From contig CAZQNA010000007.1 in assembly GCA_964594835.1 (NCBI GenBank), positions 52,058 through 116,057 of the forward strand: a stretch of 64,000 nucleotides of DNA, written 5' to 3'. Source of the DNA: an uncultured Nitrososphaerota archaeon (lineage in GTDB: Archaea; Korarchaeota; Korarchaeia; Korarchaeales; Korarchaeaceae). The translations under genes and the position numbers were made by a program. Of the stretch, positions 19,712 through 29,174 are shown piece by piece. The notes under the pieces are model-generated. The model was not told where the DNA came from and did not search any database. It worked only from the letters and a program-made list of their open reading frames with translations. Every line of letters starts with the position of its first letter. Position 1 is the first letter of the stretch.

Positions 19712-19953
19712 GGATATATAATACTCTCAATTACGGCGGGCCCTCAGCCCTACCACCGTTACACGGTCAAGTGATCAGCTCATAACAACGTTTTGACGTG
19801 GGTGGCCTCTTGAGAGAGTGCCCTCCTGTCCTAGATATTGATTGAGGCTTTCCCAGGGGAGTCAGAACTCAGCTGCCTGCGCCGGTGGGGCGCCTGCTAA
19901 TTAGATTTGAGGACAAAGCGGCGCAGCTGAACCTACTGAGGTGATGCTGGGGT

Positions 19954-21348
19954 ATGGCCGCGACGAGGCCTGATCCGACCGGCATTGAGTGGTTCTACAA
20001 ACCCAGGTCCGTGGCCGTGATAGGAGCCTCTACTAGACCCGGCAAAGTTGGCCATGAATGCCTGAAGAGCCTCTTGAACAGCGGGTTCCAGGGAGAGGTC
20101 TATCCAGTAAACCCCAGAGCTGAGCAGGTCCTGGGGCTGAGAGCCTATCCCTCCATTCTGGATGTACCAGCTGAGGTCGACCTGGCAGTGCTTGCGATTC
20201 CCTCCACCGCGGCTCCAAGCGTGATGGAGCAGTGCGCGCAGAAGGGAGTTAAGGCCGTGGTGATAATCTCCGGCGGTTTCAAAGAGGCCGGTGAGGAGGG
20301 GGAGGACCTTCAAGAGAGGATCGTCGAGACGGCCAGGAGACACGGGATGCGGATAATCGGGCCCAACTGCATAGGCGTGTTCGACGGCCACACGAGGGTG
20401 GACACAACGTTCCAGTCCCACGAGAGGATGGGCAGGCCAAAACCAGGGAACATAGCCTTCCTGAGTCAGAGTGGGACCTTCGGCGCTACCTTCTTGGACT
20501 GGGCCGCCGCGGAAGGCGTAGGAGTCAGCAGGTTCGCCAGCCTTGGAAACAGGGCGGATGTGGACGAGGGGGACATGATCGCGTACCTCGCCCGGGATCC
20601 GGACACCAGGGTGGTGGCGATCTACATGGAGTCGTTCACCGACGCCAGGGCCCTCATGGAGGCCATCCGGTCCTCTCGGAAGCCCATCCTCATCTTCAAG
20701 TCCGGCAGGACTCAGGCGGGCGCAAAGGCGGCGGCGTCCCACACGGGCAGGCTGGCGGGGAGCTACGAAATCGCGAGGAGCGCCCTAACCCAGGCTGGGG
20801 CCCTGGTCCTGGACTCCGTGGGGGAGCTCTACGGGGCTGCCAAGGCCCTAGCCCTGCAGCCAACCTTCGGGGCCGGGGGAGTGGCGATGGTCACCAACGG
20901 GGCCGGACCCTGCGTGATGGCCGCAGACTACCTCTCCGAATCCGGTATCAAGCTTGCCACCTTCTCTCCGAAGACAAGGAAGGAGCTGAGAGAGGGGCTG
21001 CCAGGCTACGCCCTCGTGTCAGACCCGGTCGTTGATCTCACCGGCAGCGCCACGACCTCGGACTACATGACGGCGCTGGAAGCCCTTGCGCGAGATCCCA
21101 ACGTAGGCCTCCTGGGGGTCTTCGTCGTGTTCCAGGACACCCCCCTTGAAGAGGAGTTCACCACAAGGCTCGCGGATTTCGACTCGGGGGGCAAGCCGGT
21201 GCTGGTGTTCGCCGCGGGAGGGGAATACACGGCCAGAAAAAGGAGAGAACTCGACTCAGCTGGCATTCCAACATACGACGACGTCAGGGAGCTCGCCGCG
21301 GCCATAAGGGCCCTGAGGTGGTGGGCCAGCAGGCGGGCGGCGCGCTGA
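19954..21348 (+). CDS. acdA: ADP-forming acyl-CoA synthetase alpha subunit
   Basis: PRSVAVIGAS, GPNCIG, SQSG, SLGNRAD, AASHTG (phospho-His). Confidence 0.9.
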   Translation: MAATRPDPTGIEWFYKPRSVAVIGASTRPGKVGHECLKSLLNSGFQGEVYPVNPRAEQVLGLRAYPSILDVPAEVDLAVLAIPSTAAPSVMEQCAQKGVKAVVIISGGFKEAGEEGEDLQERIVETARRHGMRIIGPNCIGVFDGHTRVDTTFQSHERMGRPKPGNIAFLSQSGTFGATFLDWAAAEGVGVSRFASLGNRADVDEGDMIAYLARDPDTRVVAIYMESFTDARALMEAIRSSRKPILIFKSGRTQAGAKAAASHTGRLAGSYEIARSALTQAGALVLDSVGELYGAAKALALQPTFGAGGVAMVTNGAGPCVMAADYLSESGIKLATFSPKTRKELREGLPGYALVSDPVVDLTGSATTSDYMTALEALARDPNVGLLGVFVVFQDTPLEEEFTTRLADFDSGGKPVLVFAAGGEYTARKRRELDSAGIPTYDDVRELAAAIRALRWWASRRAAR

Positions 21349-21693
21349 GCGGGAGTCGAGATCGATGAAGGGCTCGACGTCGCGTGCGTAGGGGTGAGCT
21401 TAAGTGAATCAAGGGGACCTCAATCCCTATCCTCCCGACTGGGTCTTAGGGAGGCATCAAGGCCTCGACGCCTCAAGAGAGGCCTGCTTCATCGACCTGT
21501 CCCTGCGCCATACCACTTCTAGGAGCCGCGTTCTTGAGGAGTCGACGATTCGTCTGGGACTCTCAATTCACTTGGAGCCGCAACCTTGACAGTCAGCGGG
21601 GGGGCGTCTCGCGCGCCGGGGCCCATGACTGGCTCGATGGGCTCTGACGAAAAGTGTAAAACTGCGTTTTATCTGGGCCGTCTGAGGGAGAAC

Positions 21694-22197
21694 ATGCTTC
21701 AGCAAGGTCGGATCGTAGTTCTCATCCCCACTTTGGACTCGTCTGGGCTTGAATCCAGGGTGGACTCCAGATTCGCCAGGGCGCCCTACTTCACGGTCGT
21801 CGCCATAGACGGCGGAGTTCCGTCCGACGCCAGGTCCTTCCCCAATCCGGCCGCGGGCGCCGCCGGTGGGGCTGGTCCCATGGCCGTGCAGAGGGCGTCA
21901 GAGCTGGGAGTGAGCGTGATACTGGCGCCCAGCATGGGACCCAACGCCGTCGGCGCGGCAGAGGCAATGGGCATCCGGGCATACCTTGTGCCAGCCGGTA
22001 TAACCGTCATGGAGGCGGTGAACTCCTTCTTGAGGGGACAGCTCCAGCCGCTGGCGCCCGCCGGCCCCGGGATGGGGGCTGGCTGGGGTGGAGGCCGGGG
22101 TATGGGAATGGGGATGGGAATGGGCCGCGGAAGAGGTCGAGGTGGGCGCGGCTGGGGAAGAGGACGGGGCGGAGGCCGGGGAACCTGGGGATACTGA
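21694..22197 (+). CDS. NifB/NifX-family (Nitro_FeMo-Co) protein with Gly/Arg/Met-rich tail
   Basis: RFARAPYF, NPAAGAAGGAG, GPNA, then GMGMGMGMGRGRGRGG tail; ATG 21694. Confidence 0.85.
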   Translation: MLQQGRIVVLIPTLDSSGLESRVDSRFARAPYFTVVAIDGGVPSDARSFPNPAAGAAGGAGPMAVQRASELGVSVILAPSMGPNAVGAAEAMGIRAYLVPAGITVMEAVNSFLRGQLQPLAPAGPGMGAGWGGGRGMGMGMGMGRGRGRGGRGWGRGRGGGRGTWGY

Positions 22198-22388
22198 GCG
22201 CTGCCTCCGCATTCACACCCCCATCTTTGGGGTTGTTCCCTGTCTCCTCACGAGATGGTGGAGTGGGAGCCCGGGCTCGGCGCTCACCTCAAACGAGCCC
22301 CTCCATCCGGTTCCAACGAGGCCCTCCAAGAGGCGCCCCCTTTCCTTCCCCTAAGGATTGGATGGCCCGCCGACATGCAGAGCGGAGG

Positions 22389-23138
22389 TTAAACCTCGCC
22401 CGGGCGGACGAATCCAGTCGGCCGGAGGCCTGCCCTCCTTATCCTGTCCCTCACGGCGGGGTAGAGGATAAGGAGTTCCGGCTCTAATCTGCTCGGCAGG
22501 GATTCGTCTATCTCCCCGAGCCTCTCGACCAGGCTTAGCAGGCCACTCTCCGTGGAGAATCCGAGCATCACCGATGGGTGGAAGGACACGCCGCGCTCCA
22601 GCAGGTTCCCAAGCGCCCTCAGCTGATACTCGAAGAACCTCGGTTCGGCGCCCGTCAGGCGGGAGAACTCCTCGGGCGTGCATCCCTTGAGGGACACCCT
22701 CACGTGGACGTGCCGGAACCTGGAGAGGTCCTCGGCGTAGGACTCGTCGACACCGATGAGGACTCCGTTCGTCTCCAGGATGAAGAGGAGCCCCGAGTCG
22801 GAGGTCCGCTCCAGGAGGGCCAGAAGGTGCTCCCTCCCGATGGTCGGCTCGGCCCCGCTCACCCGGATCCTGGGGACTCCCCTCGACCTGGCCATGCCCT
22901 CCAGCCTGCGCGCGACCTGCTCGGGAGAGTAGAACTCACCGTGGGCGTCTGGGCGGGTAACGTATCTCCAGCTCCAGCAGAACACGCACCTCAGGTTGCA
23001 GCCCACGGCGTCGGCCGTAGCCACGCCGCCGTACCACCTGTCCAGCCTGAACCTGTAGTACTTCCTCAGCTGGACCCCCTCTGACTCCCTGGCCACGACC
23101 CCCTCCGTTCTCCTCGCCAGCTCAACCGGGTCGATCAA
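22389..23138 (-). CDS. Archaeal radical SAM protein (uncharacterised)
   Basis: CNLRCVFC (CX3CX2C), SGAEPT, LETNG; N-terminal RKYYRFR..WYGG.ATAD. Confidence 0.88.
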   Translation of the reverse strand: MIDPVELARRTEGVVARESEGVQLRKYYRFRLDRWYGGVATADAVGCNLRCVFCWSWRYVTRPDAHGEFYSPEQVARRLEGMARSRGVPRIRVSGAEPTIGREHLLALLERTSDSGLLFILETNGVLIGVDESYAEDLSRFRHVHVRVSLKGCTPEEFSRLTGAEPRFFEYQLRALGNLLERGVSFHPSVMLGFSTESGLLSLVERLGEIDESLPSRLEPELLILYPAVRDRIRRAGLRPTGFVRPGEV

Positions 23139-23179
23139 CCGTGGAGCGCCGCGGGCCAGACGTGAAAAAGGTCATGCCG

Positions 23180-24268
23180 TCACAGCGTGTCTATCAGCGG
23201 CCTCTCCCCACGGACCTCCGCCGCCGTGGCCACGGTCACCCCCTCCCTCTCCGCGGCCGAGAACACCCTTTGGACCCTCTCCCTCCACCTCCTCTCCCTT
23301 AGCAGGTGGTGGTCGTAGACGACCAACTCCGGTCCGGCCTCGACTATCCTGATCGCGTTCTCAACCGCCCTCTCGAGGTTGATCCTGTTGAGCATGAAGG
23401 GGAAGAGGTAGGTCGGGGGGCCGTCCAAGATCACCGCGTCCGGCCTTGCGGAGGCCACCGCCTCCGCGTAGTCCTCTATCTCCGGTCCCATGACGTCGCT
23501 GGTGATGAACGCGACCCTCCCACCCCTCCTGACGACCACCGGGGTGACCCAGCCGGTCCGGTCGTACTCCAGCCCGTGGAACCAGGGCCCGAGGATCTCG
23601 AACCTCGCGCCCCCGATCTCGAAGGTCCTGTCGTCCCCCCAGACAACCTTCGTCCCGTCGCCCAGCTCGAACTCCTCGACCCACGGGCCGGAGGACCACA
23701 GGCCTCGGGCGAGTTTCTCGAACCACCTCCTCCCCCTGGCGAGGAGGGAACTCCTCCTCTCAGAGTAGTCCCCGAAGTCGGCTGAAGAGGCCAGTGGCAG
23801 GTTCTCCACCGGGTCGGGGAAGTCCTCTCGGCGCGGCTCCGTCAGGTGCTCCTCGAGGCGATCGCCCGAGGCCTCTAGGATCGAGGCAAAGAGATCCCTG
23901 GCGCGCCTCCACTGGCTCTCGTTGATGTAGGCGTTGGGGTCCTTCGCTATGATGAGCTTCCCGCGGTAGGGGGCCGGGTCGGGGGGAGCGCCCTCCTCCC
24001 CCGGCACGAGGTGGTGGTCGTAGTGGTAGTGGGTTATCACGATGGCCCGAGCCCTCCTCATCCAGCCGTAGATCTCCTCGAGGGCTCGAGACTTCAGCCA
24101 CAGCTTCTCCTCAGGTGAGAGGGGGTAGCTCGGCTGCATCTTGGACGCACCGGGATCTATGACCACGGGTCCCTCTTCCGTCTCAACGGCGACGCAGGAG
24201 CTCTTGGCGCCCATGCTGTCGAACCAGATCAGTCTTATTCCGAGCTCCTCGAGCACCCTCAGGGTCAA
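23180..24268 (-). CDS. UPF0282 metallo-beta-lactamase-fold hydrolase
   Basis: DSMGAKS, IDPG, ITHYHYDH, SDVMGP, DGPPTY, DHHLLR motifs. Confidence 0.85.
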   Translation of the reverse strand: MTLRVLEELGIRLIWFDSMGAKSSCVAVETEEGPVVIDPGASKMQPSYPLSPEEKLWLKSRALEEIYGWMRRARAIVITHYHYDHHLVPGEEGAPPDPAPYRGKLIIAKDPNAYINESQWRRARDLFASILEASGDRLEEHLTEPRREDFPDPVENLPLASSADFGDYSERRSSLLARGRRWFEKLARGLWSSGPWVEEFELGDGTKVVWGDDRTFEIGGARFEILGPWFHGLEYDRTGWVTPVVVRRGGRVAFITSDVMGPEIEDYAEAVASARPDAVILDGPPTYLFPFMLNRINLERAVENAIRIVEAGPELVVYDHHLLRERRWRERVQRVFSAAEREGVTVATAAEVRGERPLIDTL

Positions 24269-24684
24269 GGGTCTGACCCGCCCTCCTCTTCTGGGAGCAG
24301 GGGGATCCCCCTCTCTCGGGCCCTCCTCCTGAGCCCCCGGTCGAAGGTGGCTAGGGGGAGCCGGAGCCTCTCGCAGGTGATGAGCACCAGCTCGTCCTCC
24401 AGGTCGGACATGGGGGCGGTCGAGGCCAGGGCGTCCACCAGGTCGTCGACGGTCAGCTCCACCACCCTGGTCCTCTCCGAGAGCGCGTAGCCGAGGACGA
24501 GCCTCCTCGCATCCCCGTCGCCGAGCCCGGCCCCCCGGGCGAACCAGGCAAGCTCCACCAGGACGATCGCCGGCACCACCCAGACCTCGATCGAGTCGAG
24601 CAGCTCCCTGGCCCTGCCGTGGAGGGGCTGATCCGTGAAGGCGTCGTAGACCAGCACGTTCGTGTCCACCACGGCGGACCTCAT
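24265..24684 (-). CDS. vapC: VapC PIN-domain toxin
   Basis: VVDTNVLVY, VLVEL, LEDELV, LATFDRGL. Confidence 0.88.
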   Translation of the reverse strand: MRSAVVDTNVLVYDAFTDQPLHGRARELLDSIEVWVVPAIVLVELAWFARGAGLGDGDARRLVLGYALSERTRVVELTVDDLVDALASTAPMSDLEDELVLITCERLRLPLATFDRGLRRRARERGIPLLPEEEGGSDP

Positions 24685-24908
24685 GCCCTCGCCCCCGCGG
24701 CTACGGTCTCCCTCACCTCATCCGGGGATAGGGCCCTGCCCAGCTTCATCTTCGGCCTCCCGAACGAGAAGACCCTGAGCGCGATGGCCCTACCCTCTCG
24801 ATCCACCTCGACCGACAGGGGAGTTCCCGGACCTGCCCCCACGGCCCTGACGACCTCGGCGGGCAGGCGGACGGTCCCGTCCCTCCCGACCCTCACCAGC
24901 CGAGCCAC
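24681..24908 (-). CDS. AbrB/MazE-type antitoxin
   Basis: VRVGRDGTVRLPAEVVRAVG swapped-hairpin motif; 4-nt overlap with the PIN gene. Confidence 0.8.
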   Translation of the reverse strand: MARLVRVGRDGTVRLPAEVVRAVGAGPGTPLSVEVDREGRAIALRVFSFGRPKMKLGRALSPDEVRETVAAGARA

Positions 24909-24912
24909 GCCA

Positions 24913-26148
24913 TCACCTCCCCCTCAGCCCCTCTATCACCCTCACCAGGTCCCCGATCTCCCGCGAGAAGGTCCACTCCTCCGAGGCCATCAGGGAGAGC
25001 TTCTGAACGACCCTGTCCAGCTGGCAGTCGTTGGCGATGACCAGCACGTTCACCCTCAGGTCGGGCCCTCCGACCAGGGACTGGGCGGGCGTGGCAGCGT
25101 CTCCGCCGGCGGACAGGGCCTCCTGCTTCAGTATCTGGGCCACCGGATTGGAGAGGTTCCAGATCAGGAGAACCCTGCCCACGGCCTTCCTCGCCATTAT
25201 CTCGGCCCCGCCGGGGTGGACGCCCATGTCCTCCATGAGTTCCCTGAGGTCCCGCTCCGTGAGCCCACCCAGCTCCACCCCCCGGCACCCGCCGCTCTCG
25301 AACACCCTCCTCTCTCTCCTGAGAGCCTCCGCCACCCTCACCGCCTGAACCGCCTCCGAGACGTCGTGGGCCCTCACGGCGTGGGCCCCGTTCAAGACGG
25401 CTACCGCCGCGGCGGCGATCGAGCCGGGGAGCCTGTCCTCCGGCCTCTCGACCCCCGCGATGGCCCCAATGAAGGACTTCCTCCACGGGCCGACCAGGAT
25501 CGGCCTGCCGAGCGTGGCCAGCCTGCCGAGCCCGGATATCACGGCTGCGTCCCAGCGGTACCACGGCACCCCTGCGTCCCTGAAGAACCCTATCGCGGGA
25601 TCGACGACCACCCTGTCCGGCCGCACGCCGGCCGCCTCCGCGAGCCTGAGGCTGTTCCTGAGCAGCCTCTTGACCTCCCACACCGGGTCGCTGGGGTCTG
25701 AAACCCTCCCGTGGGCGCACAGGATCGCCGAGGCCCCGTACTCGGCTATCAGGGGGGCCATGCCAGGGTCGCCAGAGAGCCCCGACACGTCGTTCACTAT
25801 CCTGGCCCCAGCCTCGAGGGCGGCCCTCGCCACGACCGCCCTCTGCGTGTCCACCGATATGGGAACTTCGATGGACTCCGCGAGGGCCGACACGGCCTCC
25901 TCGACCCTCCTCCTCTCCTCCTCGGCCGGGACCCTGGTCTCGAGGTAGGGGGCCGTCGACATGCCCCCCACGTCTATGACATCCGCCCCCTCCTCCACCA
26001 TCCTCCCGGCCCTCTCGAGTAGCTCGTCGACGTTCTGGGCGACGGATCCCCGGTAGAACGACTCAGGACTGACGTTGATCGCCCCCACAACCCTGACGGG
26101 ATGCCCGTCTCCCACGAGGACCCCGCCGAGATCAGCCTCCGCGAGCAA
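24913..26148 (-). CDS. folP: Dihydropteroate synthase with C-terminal accessory domain
   Basis: INVSPESF, DVGGMST, SVDT, NDVSG, VDPAIGF, RKSFIG, RAHDV; start TTG 26148. Confidence 0.9.
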   Translation of the reverse strand: MLAEADLGGVLVGDGHPVRVVGAINVSPESFYRGSVAQNVDELLERAGRMVEEGADVIDVGGMSTAPYLETRVPAEEERRRVEEAVSALAESIEVPISVDTQRAVVARAALEAGARIVNDVSGLSGDPGMAPLIAEYGASAILCAHGRVSDPSDPVWEVKRLLRNSLRLAEAAGVRPDRVVVDPAIGFFRDAGVPWYRWDAAVISGLGRLATLGRPILVGPWRKSFIGAIAGVERPEDRLPGSIAAAAVAVLNGAHAVRAHDVSEAVQAVRVAEALRRERRVFESGGCRGVELGGLTERDLRELMEDMGVHPGGAEIMARKAVGRVLLIWNLSNPVAQILKQEALSAGGDAATPAQSLVGGPDLRVNVLVIANDCQLDRVVQKLSLMASEEWTFSREIGDLVRVIEGLRGR

Positions 26149-26200
26149 CGCACCCTCCGCCCCGGCAGGGAATTTAAGCGAGGCAGCGCGGCGAGGGGAG

Positions 26201-26968
26201 GTGCGGGACGTAGACCCGGGCTGGTGGATGCCCGTATACAGGTGGATAGCCGAGAGGCTGGGCCTGAGCGAGGAGGACGACAGGAGGGCTGCGAGCATAC
26301 TGGCGGACCTCGCCGCCGACAGGTCCGTGGACGCGGACGTCGTGGAGGAGGTCTTGCGCGGGAGGCCCGCCGTCGTGGCCTGGAACGGCCCCAACCTCGA
26401 GCGAGACCTCGTGGCCATAGCTCGATCCGCCGGAGGCCGGGAGTTCTCCGTGCTGGCGGCGGACGGGGCCGCCATGGTCACCCACTCGATCCTGGGAAGG
26501 GTGGACGCGATCGTCACGGACCTCGACGGGCGCAACCGCGTCACGGCGAGGCTGGCCGAGATGGGGGCCCTCCCCGTGGTCCACGCCCACGGAGACAACG
26601 TCCCATCGCTCCTGAAGTGGGTGTCCCGCCTCCCGACCCTGCTCCCCACGACCCAGGTGGAGCCGGTGGGTCCGGTCAGGAACTTCGGGGGGTTCACGGA
26701 CGGGGACAGGGCGGCCTTCCTGGCCCACGCGGCTGGGGCGGATGATATACTCCTCGTGGGTGTCGACCTCGCCTCCTCGTCTCCCCTGGACGTTTTCAGG
26801 GGTAAGGATCTGGCGATGAAGCGGGCCAAGCTGGCGGTGGCAGGGAGGATGATAGGCCTCCTGGTCCGGGAGCTGGGCGCCAGGGTCCGCATCCTGCCGA
26901 CCGCCCGGGGGCTAGAGGGCTCGGGGGCGCGGATCGTCGGGGACCCCTCGGAGGTGCTGGCGACTTGA
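26201..26968 (+). CDS. mptE: 6-hydroxymethyl-7,8-dihydropterin pyrophosphokinase MptE
   Basis: AADGA, VTDLDG, VHAHGDN, NFGGFTDGDRA motifs. Confidence 0.9.
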   Translation: MRDVDPGWWMPVYRWIAERLGLSEEDDRRAASILADLAADRSVDADVVEEVLRGRPAVVAWNGPNLERDLVAIARSAGGREFSVLAADGAAMVTHSILGRVDAIVTDLDGRNRVTARLAEMGALPVVHAHGDNVPSLLKWVSRLPTLLPTTQVEPVGPVRNFGGFTDGDRAAFLAHAAGADDILLVGVDLASSSPLDVFRGKDLAMKRAKLAVAGRMIGLLVRELGARVRILPTARGLEGSGARIVGDPSEVLAT

Positions 26969-27786
26969 CGGCTGAGGGTCGACTCGAGGTGATCCCCGTC
27001 CCGGTTAGGAGGCCGGTCGCCCCGGGGGACGACGTCGCGGGGGTCCTGGTCGCCGCCTGCCGGGACCTCGGGATCACGCTGAGGGACGGAGACGTGGTGG
27101 CCGTGGCCTCAAAGGTGGTCTCCGCCTCTGCGGGGAGGTTCATACGCCTCGAGGAGCTGACCCCGGGGGAGGCGGCCCTGTCCATCTCGAGGGCCACCGG
27201 CCTCAGCCCGAGGTTCGCCCAGGCTGTCGTGGAGGAGGCCGACGAGATCCTCGGCTGCGTGAGGCACGCGGCCCTGACGGTGGTATCCGGGTCGGCGGTC
27301 CCCAACGCCGGGGTTGACGCCAAGAACTCCCCTCCGGGGACCGTCTCGGCCTGGCCGAGGGACCCGGACGCGGCCGCCTGGGAGATCAGGGAGGGGATCC
27401 GCCGCCGAACCGGGGCGAGGGTTGCCGTGCTCGTCGTGGACAGCGGGTTGATCCCACTCCGGAGGGGCACGGTGGGCCTGGCAATAGGGGTGGCCGGGAT
27501 GGACCCCCTCAGGGACTACAGGGGGAGGGCCGACATATACGGCAGGAGGGTGAGGTTCACCGAGCTCGACCTGGCCGACTCCCTGGCCTCGGCGGCCCAC
27601 GTCGTCATGGGGGAGGGGGGCGACATGGTGCCGTTCGCCGTCCTGAGGGGGGCGGGCGTCCGGCTGACCGAGGGCTTCGGGAAGGGGAGGCTCGTCATGA
27701 GGCCGGGGGAGTGCGCGGTGGTGGGGTCCCTGACGAGGGGCGGGTGCGGTGGGCGGGCTAGCTCGGGGGGTGAAGGGCCTCCCTGA
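26965..27786 (+). CDS. cofE: CofE-family (F420-0:glutamate ligase-like) glutamate ligase
   Basis: PGDD, ASKVVS, NAGVDAKN, DS..PLRRG, DSLASAA, MGEG motifs. Confidence 0.85.
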   Translation: MTAEGRLEVIPVPVRRPVAPGDDVAGVLVAACRDLGITLRDGDVVAVASKVVSASAGRFIRLEELTPGEAALSISRATGLSPRFAQAVVEEADEILGCVRHAALTVVSGSAVPNAGVDAKNSPPGTVSAWPRDPDAAAWEIREGIRRRTGARVAVLVVDSGLIPLRRGTVGLAIGVAGMDPLRDYRGRADIYGRRVRFTELDLADSLASAAHVVMGEGGDMVPFAVLRGAGVRLTEGFGKGRLVMRPGECAVVGSLTRGGCGGRASSGGEGPP

Positions 27787-28621
27787 GCCTCCTCACGGTC
27801 TCCTCCAGCTCCGCGTAGACGTCGTGGGCGTGAACGCTCTCCTGGGTCCTCACGGTTACCCGGACGACGGCGTCGCCTGGAAGTTCGAGGCCGGCCAGTC
27901 GAAAGGCTATCTCCCTCACGGCGTCCTCCGCCAGGAGGGAGTTCTCGAGCATGGACAGGACGAGCTCGGCCTCTTGAGGCCTCCTGAGGACGGCCCTGAC
28001 GGGCGAGCTGGCGCCGGCCTCCGCCGCCTCCACCAGGTCTTCGGCGCCCACGCCCTCGACGGAACGAGCGGACACCTCCACCCTGAACCTGGCCCTCTGG
28101 GTGTGGGTGGCGAGTCCGGGGGACTCAACTCCCCTGAGCCTGAAGAGGGTCCTCAGGAGCTCCTGGGTGCAGGGGCAGGAGGTCGTGGCGGTGACCTCCA
28201 CCGCGAGCGTCTCCCTCGATCCCCCCTGCCTGTCCAGGCTGGAGACCGCCTCGATGAGGTAGGGCTCGAAGGAGCCGTTGGGCGGCGCCCTCCTGAGGGC
28301 CTCCAGCCTCACGGAGACCTGGGCTCGCGAGGCGTAGCTCAGGGCGTCCAGGAGCGCCCTCGCGCCCAGACGCGCCAGCTCCAGGGGGTCCCTAGCGGAT
28401 GGGAGGACCTCGTACAGGGCCCTGTTCTGCCTCGAGAGGTCCACCCCCCTCCGCCACTCCGGGAGGTCGACGAGGAGGTCGACCTCCGCGGGGTAGGTCC
28501 CTCCCCTCACCCGCACGGGGACCCTCAGGCCCAGCCCGCCGACCCTCCTGAGGCGGATCCTCCTCAGCGGAGGCTCAGCGTGGATGTCTCTGGACTCCTC
28601 TCCAAGCCTCTCCAGCTCCAT
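27758..28621 (-). CDS. mptA: GTP cyclohydrolase FolE2/MptA family
   Basis: RGVDLSR, TSCPC, THTQR, EDAVR, ESVHAHD motifs. Confidence 0.85.
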   Translation of the reverse strand: MELERLGEESRDIHAEPPLRRIRLRRVGGLGLRVPVRVRGGTYPAEVDLLVDLPEWRRGVDLSRQNRALYEVLPSARDPLELARLGARALLDALSYASRAQVSVRLEALRRAPPNGSFEPYLIEAVSSLDRQGGSRETLAVEVTATTSCPCTQELLRTLFRLRGVESPGLATHTQRARFRVEVSARSVEGVGAEDLVEAAEAGASSPVRAVLRRPQEAELVLSMLENSLLAEDAVREIAFRLAGLELPGDAVVRVTVRTQESVHAHDVYAELEETVRRLREALHPPS

Positions 28622-28719
28622 CTCTCCCTCGATGGGGGCCGGCTGGGGGGAGGTAATGAAGGCTCCTGTCGGTCAACTTTATGAGCGTCCATAACTATGG
28701 TGTTCCACGGTGAGGCGGT

Positions 28720-29142
28720 TTGAGGGCGAGGTCCAAGCTCGTGGAGGGCTTCCGCTCCGTCATAGACGACGGCAGGGGTCACAGCGTCGTTACCGATCTC
28801 CCGAGGGACATGGGAGGCATGGACACGGCGCCGACCGCCCTTGAGCTGGCCGTCATGGCGCTGGCCGGCTGCATCACCACGATATTCGCCATGGTCGCCA
28901 AAGGGAAGGGGCTCAGCTTCGAGGACATGGAGGTCATCGTAGACGCGGAGAAGCCTCAGGGGGAGAGGACGATAACGTCCGGCAGGATCAAGGGGATAGT
29001 GACGTCCGGCGAGCCCGAGGAGAGGGTCAGGAAGATCTGGGAGGACACCCTGAAGGTCTGCCCAGTCGGCGTGCTCTTCAAGGAGGCGTGCGTCGAGTTC
29101 GAGACCGAGCTGGAGGTCAGGCGGCCCAATCACCCGATCTGA
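28720..29142 (+). CDS. OsmC family protein
   Basis: GGMDTAPTALEL, ALAGC, CPV motifs. Confidence 0.9.
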   Translation: MRARSKLVEGFRSVIDDGRGHSVVTDLPRDMGGMDTAPTALELAVMALAGCITTIFAMVAKGKGLSFEDMEVIVDAEKPQGERTITSGRIKGIVTSGEPEERVRKIWEDTLKVCPVGVLFKEACVEFETELEVRRPNHPI

Positions 29143-29174
29143 CCCGCGCCCGGAGTGACGGGCCCAGGGGCCCG

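Noticed and set aside
21349-21690. Unassigned intergenic stretch with short ORFs
   Set aside because: No recognisable motif, RNA structure or consistent codon bias.
22060-22197. GGGATG/GGAATG and GGCCG repeats
   Set aside because: They encode the Gly/Met/Arg tail common in NifX-family proteins.
24619-26892. Long overlapping ORFs, including the 659-aa N-terminal extension of folP
   Set aside because: Antisense or shadow frames of real genes in GC-rich DNA; the extension is the reverse strand of mptE.
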